A stretch of DNA of 64,000 nt from Phyllosticta citribraziliensis (Eukaryota): positions 930,001-994,000 of the forward strand of contig NW_027117350.1 in NCBI RefSeq assembly GCF_038025025.1. Direction: 5' to 3'. This document shows positions 61,001-64,000 of this stretch, piece after piece (within the stretch, counting starts at the first letter, position 1; every line of letters begins with the position of its first letter). A model generated the notes under the pieces. The model searched no databases and was not told where the DNA came from. It saw nothing but the letters and a program-made list of their open reading frames with translations. The position numbers were made by a program, and so were the translations under genes.

Positions 61001-61471
61001 CTTGCCTTTGCCCACGACGGATGAGGCGAGGACGGGATCCGTGGCGGTAACGCAGGCGGCGATACACAGGCTGTCGAGCCAATCGAGCCAGCCGCTCATG
61101 AGTCCCCAGATGAATAAGCTGGTGATGAGCCAACCAAACGTCATGACGGGGATGAGGAGACAGGTAACGGAGCGCCAGTGGCGCTCCATGTAGGCCTTGG
61201 GCAATTCGACGCCGACGGCAAAGCATTGCACGACCAAGACGATGCGCGAAAATTCCAGGGTAATGAGATCGGTGTTGCCCCAACCCAGCGGGTTGATTAG
61301 ATTGGCGGCGTGGGGACCGAAGATGATGCCGCACAAGGTTGCGACGGTGGCTTCACCAATGTACAGTCTCTCCTTGATGACCGAGGAGCACAGCATGAAG
61401 AGGGAGGTGAAGCCGCCGAGGATGATGTAGACCAAGTGCGGCTTGGTAATGGAGAGGTGGTCCCAAGCCAT
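58025..61471 (-). CDS. NHA1: Plasma-membrane Na+(K+)/H+ antiporter Nha1 with long charged C-terminal tail
   Basis: Intronless, 1148 aa. Motifs: IKERLYIGEA, TATDPVLASSVVG, SAESGCNDG, ALFAGHFGPIGVGA, SIVVHGSSI, Nha1_C motif AYQFGNTIIVEDEDGEV. Confidence 0.97.
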   Translation of the reverse strand: MAWDHLSITKPHLVYIILGGFTSLFMLCSSVIKERLYIGEATVATLCGIIFGPHAANLINPLGWGNTDLITLEFSRIVLVVQCFAVGVELPKAYMERHWRSVTCLLIPVMTFGWLITSLFIWGLMSGWLDWLDSLCIAACVTATDPVLASSVVGKGKFAKRVPKHLRDLLSAESGCNDGMAFPFVYLALYIIRYKNHPNEVALHWFCYTILYECIFGAFYGVAIGYIARQLIRYSHERDLIDRESFLVFYFVLALFCAGSGSLLGMDDLLVGFACGVGFSNDGWFLEKTEESHVSNVIDLLINLTFFVYFGTIIPWEQYNAPEIIGLTPWRLVVIAILVLLFRRIPIMMAMMPAIPDIKTWREALFAGHFGPIGVGAIFIAILARAELETETTTPLAVLPEEGFPHLNIIELIWPITTFLVICSIVVHGSSIAVFTLGKHINTLTLTLSYTQANEEGPSWMDRLPRIQSRSKSSMSLRRPDETDSSYDEKAETTSDSHLGLPRNFLRRKDDDSQSRSSSLRPSRRKRWEGMGPGGPISQSAIAPVRRERSPADAPAPGREDSENTALNSDDSPEGDRVQSPQEEVYQEGDQIIIEDEEGNVLDVRNSQKETADEKREHTAEDGRRLMTEKDVEDGVAQTEHQHDHHDSMQKVENEIKHEIEHPGSGWREMRKRLQRRHTEPQGEAAAAAKPKTKRGPALAYQFGNTIIVEDEDGEVIKKYDIPGDKRRPDEGKEGEGVKAKSRLHRMGTYLGMSHEETEAASRGEVAGAADKEGQQKGKGKSEREERRRQRQREEESDDEHIRFTVTAGGQRMSKAQFISQIQHMDPKSRKKFVDNSDASEMVKREVHEDVKDHDAAKNSQPVQRKDGEAARGRQPNPSQNTPAIRRTGPDGLTLVDSDEEEIPFHNFRESLGSSRDNNTGAAQRRRRAAGPARTATTPAVPAASASTAAPLTKQSSTESGGSAKRRQVVGRTETGDKVRAKPTHLDEGETAAERRRREGALGLGSGSSSSEAESDTDEVADVGKGIRRPRTEAQRKAERDRAVEERKIQEENEEEEEAKQEEAKTRVPGIRFAEPTRPPQQQQQQGQGSSSTKLTVPGQAGEGAESDGDEASGAEEGGNGNGNGRRRSGHSHKRSGSFKWGFKNKSS

Positions 61472-64000
61472 GGCGTGCAGCGGAGGAGGACGAGGATTGC
61501 TGTAACGACGGGATCTTGTCCAATGGGAGGGCGCGAGGCGATTGGCTACGTGCCAAAGAAGACGGGGGCGTGGAAATGTCTACTTGCGGGGGAAAAGACG
61601 ATTTGGCTGGACCGCATGTAGTCGTTGGTCGCGCCCAGACGCCGCACCAAACAGGCCCCGGCGGGCAATTGATGGTTATAAAAGAGAGAAGCGAGCAAGC
61701 TACGTCACCTATGGAGACGCGGCGGCTTGGGGGTTGGAGCGACGAGGCCGTGCCCGTGCGATGTTGCGAAGATTCCAGCAGATGATTTTTCTCAACGAGG
61801 ACCGACCGGGCGTTTCGAAACGATCCTGCGCAAGTCAGCAGCCTCAGACCGGGGAGAGGGAGGCCAAGGTCAGCGAGCAGGAGGACGAGCGTTGAAGCGA
61901 GCGCGGCAGGCAGGCCAGGAGGTTTATGAAGAAGAGACAGAGGCCAAAGTCGACGGGGAAGAGAAGATGCTCTGGGCGGGCTCTGCTTGTCGTTGGCATG
62001 GGTCGGGTGCACGGGCCAGGGGTGTGACGAGAGGCCCCGCCGATGATCCGAGCCAAGAAATGGGCTTTTGCCGTCAAAACACCAGCAGCCGGGCGAAATT
62101 GTTGACCTTGAAGCACAGAATGGCGGAGCGGAACGTCCTGGTGTAGCTCTGCTCTCGTTGTCCGTCCGTCTCTAGCACTACGCAGCGCTGGCCGGCCGTG
62201 GCATGGTTGCAGACCCCAACCGACGCGTCGTTCCGCCTAGCCCCGCCTGGTCTTGGCTCTCCGCTCTCGTGCCACCCCCGGCCACCACCCTCGTCCAGAC
62301 CGCAACACTCGTCGCCATCGACTTCTGCCCTGCTGACGCCGTTTCACTCCGACTCGCGCGAAGCAGTCAAGCCCGTCGACCTGCCTCAAGGCATCCACAC
62401 TCTGGCCTTGACGCCCTCCATCAAGACTGCACCCCAAGCTTCGATTCGTCGGCAGATCGGCGCGTAAGCCGCCCATCGCATGTCAAGCGGAACGATATGC
62501 GGAGAAGCCCTCGACAACGTTACAGGTACATGTATCGCCTGCCGCGCAGAGTCAACAACGACTGCCCACAACTTGGTTTCCTCGACGTGAAAAGACTCCT
62601 CCCACTCCAACCCACTTGTACCTCGCTACCGCCTGTCGAATTTGTTAGAATCGCTCGATCCCTGCTTGCATGGAATCCTGCAACTCCCCGGCCCCATTTG
62701 CTAGCCTCTTGGCGAGGCGCTTGCCCGAAGGAGCAACTGAAAAGACGACGCCGAGCACCACAGGTCAAGTCGAAAGAAATTTCTTGCCTCCAGCTTTGTT
62801 GGATCAGACGCTCAGACACAAGGAATGCAACCTCTACGCCTCATCTCGAATTGACCTCGAAATCGGCGATGCGAAACCACTCTCTAGCGAGCCGCCGTCT
62901 TGAACTCTCTTCCCGAAATGAACATTGGACGGCATTACTCTTGTTCGTTGCTTGGAAGCGGTGAATAGAGGCCTTGCTTTCCAACGGCCAATAGTCTGAG
63001 TCGAGAGTCTTGGTTCCATACTGGCTCGAAATTAAATCAGCAACCAAGAATCGTGGAACATTGAACATTGGAACTGGCCCAGCTATTGTTAGAGACGGGG
63101 CAATCGCGCAGCTGTACTCCTTTCGTGATCGACCTATCAAACTGCTCGGAAGTCCGTCGGGAAAGCAAGACATCAGCTGCACAATCAGAGATGTGCGGGA
63201 GAGCAACATGATTAGCAAAGCCACCTCGAGTCTAAAATCCACATCCTCTCAAGTCAGATTCGACGCCATGCCATCCAGCAGCACAGAAGCACAGCATCAT
63301 GACGACGACGTTTGGATACACAGCACACCCCGCATCTGCTCCCACCGCGTGCCTGGATCCACAGGACGGGCCAACGGCACCCTCTTACGGCGGAGGCGGG
63401 ACTGGATCCCTGACGGCTCCCGAATGTCTTGGATCCTGGGTCTTGGGAACCGGCAACTATTTCAGCCTCCCGATCATGTTGATATGGATCTCGCGCACGC
63501 TTCTGCTTCTCTCGTGGATTAAGCCGCCGGTCGCTTGTTTTAAAACTAAACACCATGTCTCAAACTGTTGCGGTTCGTTTGGCCTGCTAAGAGCCAAACG
63601 TGCTGACTGCACATGAACACTTTGAATGTTCGTCAGCTTCTCGACAGCAAGGACACGAACAGTACTCGCTCACTATCCACGCAGCTTATATTCGCCCGGT
63701 CAACTCTATATGCTGACAGTTTGCAGAGACTGTGCTCCTTTTCCCGCTTACATCGCGGTCCCAGGCCACTGCATCCAGGCCTTCCAGTTCGCGCTTTGAC
63801 ACGATAGTTTTGCGTCCGCGACACCCTTGTTGTCCGACCATCCGCCAACCATCACGAAATGGCAATTACTGGCATGTGCACAAACTTGGTTGCCCGCCGC
63901 AGCTCCCTGGAAGCTGCTGCACGCCTGGGCCTCGAATACGACAGACATGCTTCTCCATGAGTCGAAGACCCTGTCCCGTCGTCGAGAGGCGACGAGGTCT

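Noticed and set aside
62200..64000. Several short ORFs and a possible plus-strand intron near 63662-63726
   Set aside because: No recognisable protein or consistent gene model within the window. It may be the start of a gene continuing beyond 64000.
1..64000. Transposons, CRISPR arrays, tRNA/rRNA genes, secondary-metabolite backbone genes
   Set aside because: I saw no transposase/RT motifs, terminal repeats, regularly spaced direct repeats, tRNA cloverleafs or PKS/NRPS/terpene synthase motifs. Small RNAs could be missed by eye.

Overview
This is gene-dense, GC-rich eukaryotic DNA from a filamentous ascomycete (Pezizomycotina; my impression is Dothideomycete-like, which is unproven). Most introns are short GT-AG type of about 50 nt with CTRAY branch sites. 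In order, the window holds: the 5' part of a Zn2Cys6 transcription factor (missed by the ORF track), mitochondrial EF-Tu, EHD3/mS47-like hydrolase, a conserved unknown protein, OAC1 carrier, SWD2, TRS31, two low-complexity orphans, a bestrophin-like channel, DCN1, MVP1, PalH/Rim21, an aldehyde reductase ending in SKL, a small secreted Cys-rich protein, a SAF1-like F-box/RCC1 protein, an Upp-type UPRT head-to-head with a FEX fluoride exporter, a 4.7-kb gene-poor interval, a DUF4449-type protein, an orphan 3-exon gene, an MFS monocarboxylate transporter, a GPI cell-wall protein, a CxxC-rich protein, a cyclase-family hydrolase and the NHA1 Na+/H+ antiporter. I saw no rRNA, tRNA, CRISPR or transposon. 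The main leads are: (1) the unusually long DCN1 intron hides an in-frame alternative N-terminus with a bipartite NLS, which could give UBA-type and NLS-type DCN1 isoforms from one gene; (2) the secreted protein has an aerolysin/ETX-MTX2-like beta-hairpin pattern; (3) the divergent pairs UPRT/FEX and EF-Tu/mS47; (4) clusters of PacC-type sites upstream of NHA1 and palH. All family calls come from motif recognition by eye; no searches were run.
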